Positions 51,893-61,667 of a stretch of 64,000 nucleotides of DNA are shown one piece after another. The translations under genes were made by a program, and so were the position numbers. The notes beneath the pieces are model-generated. The model did no database searches. It saw only the letters and a list, made by a program, of their open reading frames with translations, and had not been told where the DNA came from. The stretch is taken from contig CAWEMM010000009.1 of the NCBI GenBank assembly GCA_963810095.1, positions 96,001 through 160,000 on the forward strand, read 5' to 3'. The stretch comes from an uncultured Chloroflexia bacterium (GTDB taxonomy: Bacteria > Chloroflexota > Anaerolineae > CG2-30-64-16). The number at the start of each line of letters is the position of its first letter. Position 1 is the stretch's first letter.

Positions 51893-52807
51893 ATGACCGA
51901 GCCCCAGGAACAAGAACAGGTCCAACCGGCTGCGGAGGAGCAGCCGCAAGCGTCTGAAGTGGCCCCCGTCGCCGCGGAACCGCAGGCCGTGCCCGGTGTG
52001 GGCTTCCTCGTAATGGCCTTCAACGACGAAAAGGCCGCGGATCAGGCGCTCGACGCGATGAAACAGGCCAAGAAGCAGAAGCAGTTCTACTTCGAGGAAG
52101 CTGCTGTCATCCGGCAGGATGTCAACGGTAAGGTGCACTATCACGAGACCGGCGACATGGGCAAAGGCAAGGGCGCAGGCATCGGCGCGCTCGTCGGCGG
52201 CGTCCTGAGCCTCCTTGGCGGCCCCATTGGCCTCGCAGTGGGCGCGGGCATTGGCGCGCTGGCGGGCGCGGCAGCGGCGACCAAGGACAGCGGTTTCCGC
52301 AACGAGAGCCTGAACATGGTAGGCGTCGCACTGAAGCCGGGGACCTCGGCCGTCGTGACCATCACGAGCAGCGCGTTCCTCAAGGCTGTTCAGAAGCAGG
52401 TGCCCATCGACGAGATCCGGGGGACGGTGACCAACCTCTCCGCCGAGATCTCCGCGGCCCTGGCCGAGAAAAAGGATCTTGCCATCGGCGTGCTGCTGAC
52501 CGAAACCGGCCTCGCCGTGCGGAAGATCGCCATCAATGAAGAGAGTGCCGAGGTTGTCGCCGCGGTGTTCACCGACGAAGCGGTTGTGGCGGGCGCGGCG
52601 TACGTGGACGCACAAGGCGTCGCGTACGAGGTGGTCGCAGCGACGGCCGACGGTGCGGCGATGGAAGCCGGGGTCATTACGGACGAAGGCGCGGTCATCG
52701 TCGGCGCGGTGGCCCTGCCGGCGGCGGCCGAAGCAACCGCTGCGGCGCCCGACGGCCGACGAGAACAAGGTTTCGGCCGAGAAGCCGGCCGAAACACCTG
52801 CGTCTGA
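51893..52807 (+). CDS. DUF1269-family membrane protein with repetitive C-terminal extension
   Basis: GAGIGALVGG..LLGGPIG glycine zipper, LKPGTSA. Confidence 0.75.
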   Translation: MTEPQEQEQVQPAAEEQPQASEVAPVAAEPQAVPGVGFLVMAFNDEKAADQALDAMKQAKKQKQFYFEEAAVIRQDVNGKVHYHETGDMGKGKGAGIGALVGGVLSLLGGPIGLAVGAGIGALAGAAAATKDSGFRNESLNMVGVALKPGTSAVVTITSSAFLKAVQKQVPIDEIRGTVTNLSAEISAALAEKKDLAIGVLLTETGLAVRKIAINEESAEVVAAVFTDEAVVAGAAYVDAQGVAYEVVAATADGAAMEAGVITDEGAVIVGAVALPAAAEATAAAPDGRREQGFGREAGRNTCV

Positions 52808-52980
52808 AGCACCGGCGGCCTGAGCGTCCCGGACGTCCACCGCTCCTCACAGCATTCTGTCCAGAGCAGTCCTCCGCCGGCAGTTAACCCTGCCGGCGGA
52901 GCCACCTCCACGGGCGTGTTCGCCGCCCCGTGCACCCTGCGCCGGCCCCAGCCGGGCTCGCACGGTGCCGGGCGAGGAAT

Positions 52981-53036
52981 TGCACCTTCAATACACCTTT
53001 TTGGGCCTACCGCAGTATCACCTGCGGTGGTAACCT
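52981..53036 (+). promoter_or_regulatory. Shared motif copy 2
   Basis: TGCACCT-TCAA-TACACCT-TTTTGGGCCT-22 nt-TAACCT. Confidence 0.75.
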
Positions 53037-53081
53037 AACCTCTGCCTAACGCGCATTTGCGCAGTTTTTGGGAGTTCCAGC

Positions 53082-53387
53082 TTGAAGCGCGGCAGTCAAC
53101 GTTTCCTTTTTGATGCACCTGGCGCCTATCGCATTCGCGTTCAGGGTCATCTTGCCGCGCACTGGACAGACATGCTGGGGGGAATGGTCATCTCGTCAAG
53201 AGGCGCCCAGGGGAAGACCGCGGTGACGACGCTCAAGGGGACGTTGATCGACCAGGCCTGCCTGATGGGCGTGCTGACCGCGTTGTACGAGATGGGGTAC
53301 ACCCTTCTGGATGTCAAGCGCCTTCCGGACCCGGTAATTCCCTTTGCGGAGACCGGCGAGGCCACAGGGCAGCGTCCGGCCGCCTGA
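53082..53387 (+). CDS. Conserved small hypothetical protein (ACT-like)
   Basis: YRIRVQGHL...W...TTLKG...DQACLMGVL..L..MGYTLL. Confidence 0.7.
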   Translation: MKRGSQRFLFDAPGAYRIRVQGHLAAHWTDMLGGMVISSRGAQGKTAVTTLKGTLIDQACLMGVLTALYEMGYTLLDVKRLPDPVIPFAETGEATGQRPAA

Positions 53388-53420
53388 GCAAAGGCTGATC
53401 ATGGAGAAAGGAGCTTCACA

Positions 53421-53858
53421 ATGACTTTTGGCCCAATCGATTTCATCGCACTTGAGTTTCCCGGTAACAACTTCAAGGGTGAAATCCTCCCCGACATCTT
53501 TGAGCTCGTCGATCGGGGCGTGATCCGCGTGCTCGACCTGGTGATCATTCAGAAAGACCCGGACGGCGCGCTGCGTGTGCGCGAGCTTCAAGAACTCGAG
53601 CCGGGCATGATGACGGTGCTCAACCCGCTGAAGGCCGAAGTCAGCCAGATGATCACGGTCGCCGACATCGACAACATCGCGGCCAAGCTCGAGCCCAACA
53701 GCACCGCAGGCCTGATGCTCATCGAGAATGTGTGGGCCAAGAAGACCCAGCAGGCGATGATCGAAGCGAACGGCCGGCTGGTGATGTTCGAGCGTATCCC
53801 GCACGACGTCGTCGAAGAAGCACTGGCCGAGATGGCCGCGCTGGCCGAGCGAGCGTAG
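53421..53858 (+). CDS. DUF6325/DUF1269-like protein
   Basis: GPIDFIALEFPG, IRVLDL, ENVWA, ERIP; AAGGAG RBS. Confidence 0.8.
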   Translation: MTFGPIDFIALEFPGNNFKGEILPDIFELVDRGVIRVLDLVIIQKDPDGALRVRELQELEPGMMTVLNPLKAEVSQMITVADIDNIAAKLEPNSTAGLMLIENVWAKKTQQAMIEANGRLVMFERIPHDVVEEALAEMAALAERA

Positions 53859-53951
53859 CACGGGGAAAATCTGTCTCGGTCCGAAGCGAGGCCGGCGTTT
53901 GGCGCGGACCACCCGGACCGGGAATGTTTTTGATATCAAAGGAGGTCCATT

Positions 53952-54335
53952 ATGATGCGAAGACGAGGGATGCCGTTGGTGCGCGCGGCCGCGACGACCG
54001 CGGTCGTGGCGGGGACCGCAGGAGCGGTCAGTCACCATCAGCAGCAGAAGTACCAGCAGCAGGCTTACGAGCAGCAGGCTATGTACTCCCAACAACAGGC
54101 AAGCCAGCAGCAGCAGATCGACGCTGCCCAGCAGCAGGCTTACCAACAGGGCTTGGTCGACGCACAGGCCCAGCAACAGCAGTATGCTGCGCCGCCACCG
54201 CCGCCAGCACCGGCGCCCGCGGCTCCCGGCAATGACCTGACGGCCCAGCTGCAGCAGCTTGCGCAGCTGCACAACGCCGGCGTGCTGAACGACGAGGAAT
54301 TCGCCGCAGCGAAGCAGAAGCTGCTGGCCGGCTGA
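53952..54335 (+). CDS. SHOCT-domain protein, Gln/Pro-rich
   Basis: AATTAVVAGTA N-term; QLQQLAQLHNAGVLNDEEFAAAKQKLL. Confidence 0.85.
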   Translation: MMRRRGMPLVRAAATTAVVAGTAGAVSHHQQQKYQQQAYEQQAMYSQQQASQQQQIDAAQQQAYQQGLVDAQAQQQQYAAPPPPPAPAPAAPGNDLTAQLQQLAQLHNAGVLNDEEFAAAKQKLLAG

Positions 54336-54480
54336 AGCAGAGGGCTTAACCCTGTCACCCGTAGTTGTGCTTACAATCGGATGTTCTGTATAATGTCTTT
54401 CGGGTCTCTGGTCGCACGGCCAATCGCGTGTCGTGGGTAGTTCATCTCTCCGTTTCATAACGTTTCTAGGAGGAAAAATC

Positions 54481-55047
54481 ATGACCGCATCAGTAGCACC
54501 GTCAGCTACGTCAGTCCCCGCACGGCAGCGTCCCTGGTGGCTGACGCTGATCATCGGCATCTCTGCAGTCGTCATTGGCGCCATCTTGCTCTTCGGCACC
54601 GTGGACAGGCGCATTGATACGTACATGTTCCTGGTCAAGGCGCTCGGCCTGTACTGGGTCGTTTGGGGCATCCTGGAACTCGTGTGGATGTTCATCGACC
54701 ACAGCGGCTGGGGCTGGAAGTTGTTCATGGGCATAGTAAGCATCATCGCAGGCGGGTCGATCCTGATGTACCCGGTTGCGGCTGCGATGACTCTGCCCCA
54801 GGTCTTCGTGCTGGTGCTCGGCATCTGGGCCCTCATGGAAGGCATTATGTTGCTCTTCCTCGCCTTCAAGGGCGGTGGCTGGGCGGCCGGCATCCTCGCG
54901 GTGATCTCCATCGTGCTGGGCCTCATCCTGCTCGGCTCCTACGGCAACCTGGGCACGGGACTTGCGATGCTGTGGGCCGGTGCGATCTGGGCCTTCATCG
55001 GTGGCTTTGTCCTGATCTTCCAGGCGTTCCGCTCCCGGAAGGCCTGA
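54481..55047 (+). CDS. HdeD/DUF308 family membrane protein
   Basis: WWLTLIIG, repeated G-x-x-x-I/L-x-G TM hairpins; AGGAGG RBS; TATAAT at 54389. Confidence 0.8.
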   Translation: MTASVAPSATSVPARQRPWWLTLIIGISAVVIGAILLFGTVDRRIDTYMFLVKALGLYWVVWGILELVWMFIDHSGWGWKLFMGIVSIIAGGSILMYPVAAAMTLPQVFVLVLGIWALMEGIMLLFLAFKGGGWAAGILAVISIVLGLILLGSYGNLGTGLAMLWAGAIWAFIGGFVLIFQAFRSRKA

Positions 55048-55282
55048 GAGCAAAGGACTGTTCTGGAGCCTACGCTGCCTGACGACAGCGGGAGTTTCTC
55101 ATAGGGAGACACGTGGGCGGAGTGAGACCCGACGCCCGCAGTGTGAAGCCGTGTGAGCGCCCGCCAGTCAGAGCGTAAAGCCCAGAGCATGAGGCGCAGT
55201 CAGAGAGCGCCATCCTATCGTGTCTGTCAGGAGCGGCCTGCCCAAGGCCGCTCTTGCTTTATGTTCGCCGGCCCTCTCCAAA

Positions 55283-55338
55283 TACACCCAAACTACACCC
55301 AAATGGGCCTATTGTCAGGCTTACAAATGGCGTATGCT
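55283..55338 (+). promoter_or_regulatory. Shared motif copy 3
   Basis: TACACCC-AAAC-TACACCC-AAATGGGCCT-22 nt-TATGCT. Confidence 0.75.
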
Positions 55339-55411
55339 ATTTGTGGGTGCCCTTATCGGATCGCTGCCGGGGGCATCCCATCCACACCCTATTCAGTCAG
55401 GAGGCCGAACC

Positions 55412-55729
55412 GTGTTACTCATTGGATGTCTCTTCGCATTCGCCCTCGCCGTCGCCCCGCGCGTTGTCCTGGTGCTCGCCTGGATCTTCAGCGACCGCTG
55501 GCAGATCGTCTGGGGCGGCCAGTGGCTCTTGCCCTTGTTGGGGATCATCTTCCTGCCCTTCACGACCGTCATGTACATGCTGACGTGGAAGCCGACCGGC
55601 ATCCAGGGTTGGGACTGGCTGTGGATCGGGCTGGGCGTGTTCATGGACCTGATGAAGTGGGCCCAGATCGCGGCCAACCGGAAGGGCATCCCGGGCTACC
55701 CCGACGGGAACCCCGCCCCCGTTGTCTGA
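55412..55729 (+). CDS. Small membrane protein
   Basis: AGGAGG + GTG; CL...PR...PLLGIIFLPFTT.MY...GI.GWDWLWIGL. Confidence 0.75.
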   Translation: MLLIGCLFAFALAVAPRVVLVLAWIFSDRWQIVWGGQWLLPLLGIIFLPFTTVMYMLTWKPTGIQGWDWLWIGLGVFMDLMKWAQIAANRKGIPGYPDGNPAPVV

Positions 55730-55849
55730 TCCGCAAACCGTCCGTCATGGGATGGCAGTGTCCGCCAGCGGTTGAGCTAACGTGGGCCGCCAGATAGCTT
55801 GCTATACTGCGGCCCACGCATGGACCCCGCCTTCAAGAAGGAGTGGCAC

Positions 55850-56425
55850 ATGGCAGGGAACTTGTTGGTCCTGGCGTTTGACGGGGAGCACACGGCCAAG
55901 ACCGTGTGGGGCGACCTTATGAAGCTCGAGGAAGCCGGCGTGGTCGACATCGAGGACGCGGTCATCGCCTGGCGACCGCCGCTCGAGGGCCCCGATCTCG
56001 CCAGCTCGATGGCGGCCACTAGCGTTTCCACCGCGTCCAGTGTCTCCACCCGCACGAACGTCTTCGATTCCTCCAAGCTGCAGATCGAACAGACGAAGCA
56101 TCCCCTGAAGAAGAAGTATGCCGGCCGCGGCGCCGCCATCGGATTCGTGGCCGGGGTCTTGCTGGGCGGCCCCATCGGCGGGCTGGTCGTGGGAGCGGGC
56201 ATCGGTGCGGTCAGCGGGTCGATGAAGGACGCGGGCATCAAGGAGGACTTCATCAAGCAGACTGCAGCCGCTTTGAAGCCGGGCACCTCCGCCATCTTCG
56301 CCCTGGGCCATGCCAACGACCCCGAGCGCCTGATGCAGGAGCTGCGGGCGTTCGAGCCCCGGGTGCTTTCGACCACCCTCGATCCGGAGAAGGAGCGCGA
56401 GCTCCGTAACGCGCTGGGCGGCTAA
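55850..56425 (+). CDS. DUF1269-family membrane protein
   Basis: LLVLAF, IEDAV, GGPIGG zipper, GIKEDFIK...LKPGTSAIF, VLSTTL. Confidence 0.82.
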   Translation: MAGNLLVLAFDGEHTAKTVWGDLMKLEEAGVVDIEDAVIAWRPPLEGPDLASSMAATSVSTASSVSTRTNVFDSSKLQIEQTKHPLKKKYAGRGAAIGFVAGVLLGGPIGGLVVGAGIGAVSGSMKDAGIKEDFIKQTAAALKPGTSAIFALGHANDPERLMQELRAFEPRVLSTTLDPEKERELRNALGG

Positions 56426-56450
56426 GCTAGTCGCGGCAGAAAAGGCCATA

Positions 56451-56492
56451 AAAATCCGCATGGCGCCGTGGTGGGCCATGCGGATTTCTTTG
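56451..56492 (+). terminator. Intrinsic (possibly bidirectional) terminator
   Basis: AAATCCGCATGGC/GCCATGCGGATTT + CTTT. Confidence 0.7.
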
Positions 56493-56499
56493 TTCTGCG

Positions 56500-56750
56500 G
56501 CCGGCGAGCTTCGCCATCGACGCAAACGTGAAGAATGCGACGAGCGCCAGTACGCCCACCACCGCCAGGATCGTGAGCACGAGCGACAGCCCCGGCTTGA
56601 CGCCCTTCTTCCTGAGCCAGCCTGGCAACGGCAGGATTGCGATGGTTTACCATAACCCGGCCCAGCGGGGCAAGAATAAAGGCCAGCGACCGCAGGCCCC
56701 AGAAGGGAATGACGGCGGCCGCCACTTAGGAGGGCGTCCTCTTATCCATA
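56500..56750 (-). pseudogene. Truncated remnant of AI-2E family transporter N-terminus
   Basis: AAAVIPFWGLRSLAFILAPL then, in another frame, IAILPLPGWLRKKGVKPGLSLVLTIL; in-frame stop and abrupt end. Confidence 0.55.
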
Positions 56751-56806
56751 ATTGCTTCTCCTGCGGAGGTTCGACTTTGCCTGGCCACGCCGGAGCGAGC
56801 AGAAAC

Positions 56807-56853
56807 AAAAAATGGACGGGATCTCTGCAGCTCGGCTGCATCAGCCCCGTCCA
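56807..56853 (-). terminator. Intrinsic terminator
   Basis: Minus strand ATGGACGGG...CCCGTCCAT-TTTTT. Confidence 0.7.
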
Positions 56854-56900
56854 TACTTCTTAGTTACCCGCCGTCACCGGCGTTGTGTTCTTGGGCGAGC

Positions 56901-57200
56901 CTAGCGGCCGTAGCCCAGCCGGTTGCGGTTGCCGTAGCCACCCCCACCGTACGAGCCGATGTCAGCGAACAGGGCCAGGCCCAGCCAGAGCCAGTCAAGG
57001 CCGACAATGCCGCCGGGCGCCACGATGACGTACATCAGCGTCAGCCAGGGCACGAACACCAGGCCCAACACGGGCCAGATCCAGCTCTGGAAGGCAGAGA
57101 TGCCGGTTGCGCCGACCCAGCGCGTCGGCTGGGCGATCCACCAAATCAAGCCCGCGACGCGGGGACCGAGGAAGATCAGAACGGTGAACAAACAACACAT
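56901..57200 (-). CDS. Small membrane protein, paralog of 55412..55729
   Basis: MCCLF...PR...PVLGLVFVPWLTLMY...GIVGLDWLWLGL. Confidence 0.78.
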   Translation of the reverse strand: MCCLFTVLIFLGPRVAGLIWWIAQPTRWVGATGISAFQSWIWPVLGLVFVPWLTLMYVIVAPGGIVGLDWLWLGLALFADIGSYGGGGYGNRNRLGYGR

Positions 57201-57293
57201 AGAGATGCTCCTGTTGGCGCGGGCCTGTTCGACAGAGCGCTCCGCTGGCAGTGGAACCCCTCGCATCGAACAGGCTGCGCGACTAGATGCGGG

Positions 57294-57947
57294 CTACGCC
57301 GCAGATTCCCAACGGTCGTACGAGTCGAGGTTGAAGCTCTGATTCTGCTTGATCTGGGCCACGATGCCGAGCACCGCCACCACGAGGAACAGGATCGCGG
57401 CGAGCGGCGAAGCGTCCAGGATCGCGCGTACCGGGTTTTCCAGCACCTGCGCGGCCGGCTTGAACATCAGCACGATCGACCCGATGATGGCCTCCGCACC
57501 CAGCACCGCTGTGCCGATGATGATCACGTACTTCTGGATATTGAACCGGATCGTCACGATCGCGAGCAGGACGCCCGCAATGATGCCGATCAGCCAAACC
57601 AGGAAGCCCATGTTCAGGCCAATGGCCAGCAGAATGCCGACGACCGCCGAATAGCCCAGCGCACCGGCAATAATGCCCACGGCCGCTATATAGAATAGGT
57701 AGGACAGCACCGCGAAGATGCCGCCGACGATGAAGCCGACGACCCAGCTGGTGATCGAAAGCAGGAAGGGGAAGTTTCCGCCGCCGATCGCCTGCAGGGT
57801 CTGTGCACCGAGGGTCAGCCCGAAGAAGAAGCCGAAGATCGGGAGCAAGACCAAGAAGAAGCGGTAGCCGGCGAAACAGAGGGCGAGGCCGAACATGATG
57901 CCGATCAGGCCCGCACACGCCAAGGTGAAGAATGACTCGTTAACCAT
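57294..57947 (-). CDS. DUF4203/TMEM198-like membrane protein
   Basis: GLALCFAGYRFF...GFFFG, TAVLGA; GGAGG RBS. Confidence 0.78.
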   Translation of the reverse strand: MVNESFFTLACAGLIGIMFGLALCFAGYRFFLVLLPIFGFFFGLTLGAQTLQAIGGGNFPFLLSITSWVVGFIVGGIFAVLSYLFYIAAVGIIAGALGYSAVVGILLAIGLNMGFLVWLIGIIAGVLLAIVTIRFNIQKYVIIIGTAVLGAEAIIGSIVLMFKPAAQVLENPVRAILDASPLAAILFLVVAVLGIVAQIKQNQSFNLDSYDRWESAA

Positions 57948-58255
57948 GATGGTTCCTCCATTGTGACGGGTGGTAAGAGAGATGATGGATGATGAGTTTA
58001 CAAGTTATGGGGTAACTTCGATACTCAGCCTCCCTGCGGGGAGCACGCTCCCCTCATATTTTCCCGGTAGGTCTTCATCCGGGCGCTGCTTGCGGGGTCT
58101 TTATCAGGGCCAGGATCGTACAGGCTTAACCGATCCGGGGCGAAGAAGTCGCGGTTGGCATGTTGGATCGGCAGTGCGGAATGCCAGTTGTGGCCTCTTC
58201 TGCGCACTGCGAGCAGCATACCAGTGGCTTGCTGCTCGCAGTGCCTACCGGCGCG

Positions 58256-59083
58256 TTATTCCGCCCGGTCCATGAGGGCGCCGGCCGTCGCGTCCAGCGC
58301 TTCCGCCTGGCCAACCATCTCGGCACCGGCCGCGATGTCTGCTACGCCTTCCAGCGCAAGGGCCTGACCGGCCTGCACCAGTTCCTGGCCTGCCTCGAGC
58401 GCCACGGCGCCTTGCACGACTTTCTGAGCGCCCGCGGCTGCCAGCGCGTCACTCACATCGGCCGCACGCTCGGCCACGCCAACGCGCACGACGCCTTCCT
58501 CCAGCTCATCGATGCCCATCTCGCCGACGCGAGCCGCGGTCGAGGCCATCGAGGCGGCGACTGCACGGCCTGCGCCGAACTTGATGACCGTTTCGACGGC
58601 CAGTTGGTGCAGCGCATTGCTCTTCACGTCGAGGAAGTCGGCCAGCACGGGCATGTTTCGCATGGAAACGATGTCGGCCACCACGGCCAGCTGGCCGGCG
58701 ATCGCCGCAATGCCCATCGAGTTTTCGAGGTCAGATTCGCTCAGGAACCCGACCAACTCGCTCTGGACTTCCACGTCTTCCGAATGCTCGAGCAATTCGG
58801 CGCCTTGCGCAACATCGACGATGCCCGCCGCGGCGACGACGCTGCTGATCTTCGACAGGCCTTCGGCAACGGCGATTTCGTCCGCGCCACGCGTCAGCGC
58901 GGCCGCGCCCACTGCCACCGCGCCGCGGCCCAGGCTGCCCACCTCGCGGGCCGCCTCGAGCTTGTTGAGCCCTGCCTTCGCCTGGTCCAGGCCGAGAACG
59001 CCCTCCTGGATTGCGATGTCCTCGACGGCGTTGGCCGTCTCCTGCAACTCACGCTTGCCGACTGCTACTTTTTTCGCTGCCAT
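58256..59083 (-). CDS. Hypothetical Ala/Gly-rich 28-residue-repeat helical protein
   Basis: AAGGAG RBS, start MAAKKV; G-x6-G at 28-aa spacing. Confidence 0.75.
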   Translation of the reverse strand: MAAKKVAVGKRELQETANAVEDIAIQEGVLGLDQAKAGLNKLEAAREVGSLGRGAVAVGAAALTRGADEIAVAEGLSKISSVVAAAGIVDVAQGAELLEHSEDVEVQSELVGFLSESDLENSMGIAAIAGQLAVVADIVSMRNMPVLADFLDVKSNALHQLAVETVIKFGAGRAVAASMASTAARVGEMGIDELEEGVVRVGVAERAADVSDALAAAGAQKVVQGAVALEAGQELVQAGQALALEGVADIAAGAEMVGQAEALDATAGALMDRAE

Positions 59084-59178
59084 TGAAAGCTCCTTAGGTT
59101 GGTGGACTTTGTTTAGGCATCGCGTACGCCCGCCAGGACCTACGCGATGCGATAACACGGATTCGAGCGGTTCCCCGC

Positions 59179-61490
59179 CTACTGGGCCGCGTATTGGAGC
59201 AACTTCTGCCCCGACGCGGCGAAGATGGTCAACTGCGAGCCCGAAACCTGGTAGGTTGCAGACTGCTGCAGCGCCGCCAGGTAAGCCTGCCCCTGGCTGG
59301 CGACGTCCTCGGGACAAGCCATGCCTGTCGTCACCGGCAACCCGACCGTCAACGTGCTCGCGGTGGCCGAGTAAGGTGCGTTGAAGGTGTTGCAGCTATC
59401 GTTGCCCGTAACCTTGCCATCGCCGCCAAACAGGGCCGTCATCGTCGTGCCCGCGATGGGCGACACCATGGCCTCCTTGCCGTTGTTATACGAGAGGAGC
59501 ACCCAGTTCTTGCCGATGATCGCGGGCGGCTGGGCGGTCGCGGTCGGTGGCGCTACTGTCGGTGGCGCCACGGTCGGTGGTGCAACCGTCGGCGGAACTG
59601 CTGTCGGCGGAACTGCTGTCGGCGGCGCGGCTACGTTCACGTACGCCTGGGCATTGCTCTGGCCGCCTGGGCCCGTGGCTGCCAGTGTGTAACTCACCGT
59701 CCCGCTTCCGGGAGGACAGTCTTGCACCTGCCCACGGATTGGCGCACCATCCCAGATCGGCGTGCCCGCGCGCGATCGTGATCAGCTGCACCTGGCCCTG
59801 CACATCCCACTGGACGTTCACGCATTGACCGGGTTGGATCTGTGCCGGCGTCACCGTGAACAGGGCGATGACGGGTGCGCTGCCGGGCAGCACGGTGATC
59901 ATGATGGCCTGCGTCTGAGTCGTGCCGTTGGTGAAGACCACTTGCAGGAAGTAGGTCGTCGTCTGCGGCGGGCATTCGGTCTGGCTGCCCTGGCCGGCGA
60001 CGCCGTGCTGCAGCGGGTCCTGTCCCTGCGCGTAGAAGTAGACGGCCGACACGTTCTGCACATTCCATGTGAATACTACGCACTGACCGGCCGTGATAGT
60101 GGTCTGACTCGCCGTGAAGCTGATCGAGGGCGACGGCGGCGACGTCGGGGCAGCGGTCGGCGTGGGCGCGACTACCTGGATGCCAACATAGACCTTGGTC
60201 CCGAAGGCCACGCCCTTGCCGTTCTTCATCTGCCAGAAGCCCTGGTACACCCCGGGTTGCGTCGGCGCTGTGAGATTCACCGAGATATCGTAGGTTGCAC
60301 CTGGCGCCACAGTGCCTTTGATATTGGTCGGCTGGCCCCCCATCTGTGCGGCGGCAGTGTTGCCCGACGCGTAGGCCAGGTAGTAGGTGCTATCCCACGT
60401 GCAGGTGCCGCTGTTGCGGATGCGCCAGCTCTTCACAAACTGCTGGCCGGGTTTCATCACCGGCGGCGCAGTCATATTCTGGTCGTCGTAGTTAAGGTCG
60501 GCCACGTACGACATGTTGTCGATGCATCCGGCCGGGGTCGGGCGAGGGCTGAACCGGGACCGTGGTCGCCGGCGGAACAACCGTCGGGACCGGCGTCGGC
60601 ACGGGTAGGATGCCGTCCGGCTTGAGCCCCAGGAATTTCTCGGCAAGCGCAGCGTACTCACCGCTTGCAACGACGTTCGCAATGGCCGTGTTGAAGACGC
60701 GGCGGAGCGACTCGGCGCCCTTTGGCAATGCGATGGCGTAGGCCTGCGGCTTGACGCCCTCGCCCACTACCTTCACGCCGCCGGCCTGCACGTACGTCTT
60801 CGCCGGCTGAGAATCGAGCACGACCAAATCCAGCCGGCCCTTCTTCAGGTCCTGTACGGCTTGCCCGATGTCCGGATAAGATCGGAGGTTCGCTGCCGGC
60901 ATCAGGTTCGTCGACACGAGCGTCTTTTCGAGATAAGTCTCGTAGACCGAGCCGCTCTGCACGCCGACGATCTTGTCGGCCATCTGCTCGACCTTAGTGA
61001 TGACGCCGATGGAGGAATCCGCGGCGCTCATCGCGACGCCGGTGCCGGTGTAGTAGATGTTGGTGAAGTCGACGTAGGGCTCGCGGTCCGGGGTGACCGA
61101 GATAGCCGCGATCGCGGTGTCGATGGCGCCGAGTTGAAGCGCGTTGTAGAGACCATCGAACGCATAGTCCTTGATCTCAACCTTGACGCCCAGTTGCTTC
61201 CCGATCTCGCGGATCAGCCCGATGTCGAAGCCGTCGAGCTGGAACCGGCTGTTGTAATACTCGAACGGTTCGTAGTCCGCCGACGTGCCTACCCGCAGGA
61301 CGCCTGCCTTCTGGATCTGAGCCCAAAGGTCCTGAGGGGGAACCGGGGTTGTTATGGGCGGTTGCGTTGCCACCGTCGCGCGCGTCGGCTCGGGGGCGGG
61401 CGCCGGGGTGGAACTGCCGCCGCATCCTGCCAGAATCGTCGCGACGACGAGGATTGCGGTGACCGCCGTCAGTAGAGAGCTGCGTTTCAT
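59179..61490 (-). CDS. Multidomain lipoprotein: amino-acid SBP (family 3) + Nbr1-like Ig-fold + beta repeats + META (frameshifts near 60545 and 59765)
   Basis: LAGC lipobox; VGTSADYEPF, GFDI; PGQQFVKSWRIRNSGTCTW; GQCV..W.V twice; GNDSCN; ORFs 60492..61580, 59486..60682, 59179..59727. Confidence 0.78.
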
Positions 61491-61667
61491 GGAGGGGCTT
61501 GCTCCTTGTGTGCGGCTGCAGCCGTCCAACTCGCCGGCCGCGTCAAGTGCTCGCAGGCAGCCCTGCGAGCACACGAACAACCTTGGCAGCGCGTGCAGCC
61601 TTGATCCGCCGTGACCCGCCCGCCGCCCAGCTGTGAGCGACAGATGCGGGCACGATCGGCTTGCTGG

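Noticed and set aside
54347-54394. TAACCCT-GTCACCC upstream of the HdeD-like gene as a sixth motif copy
   Set aside because: Lacks the TTTTGGGYCT half and the 22-nt spacing
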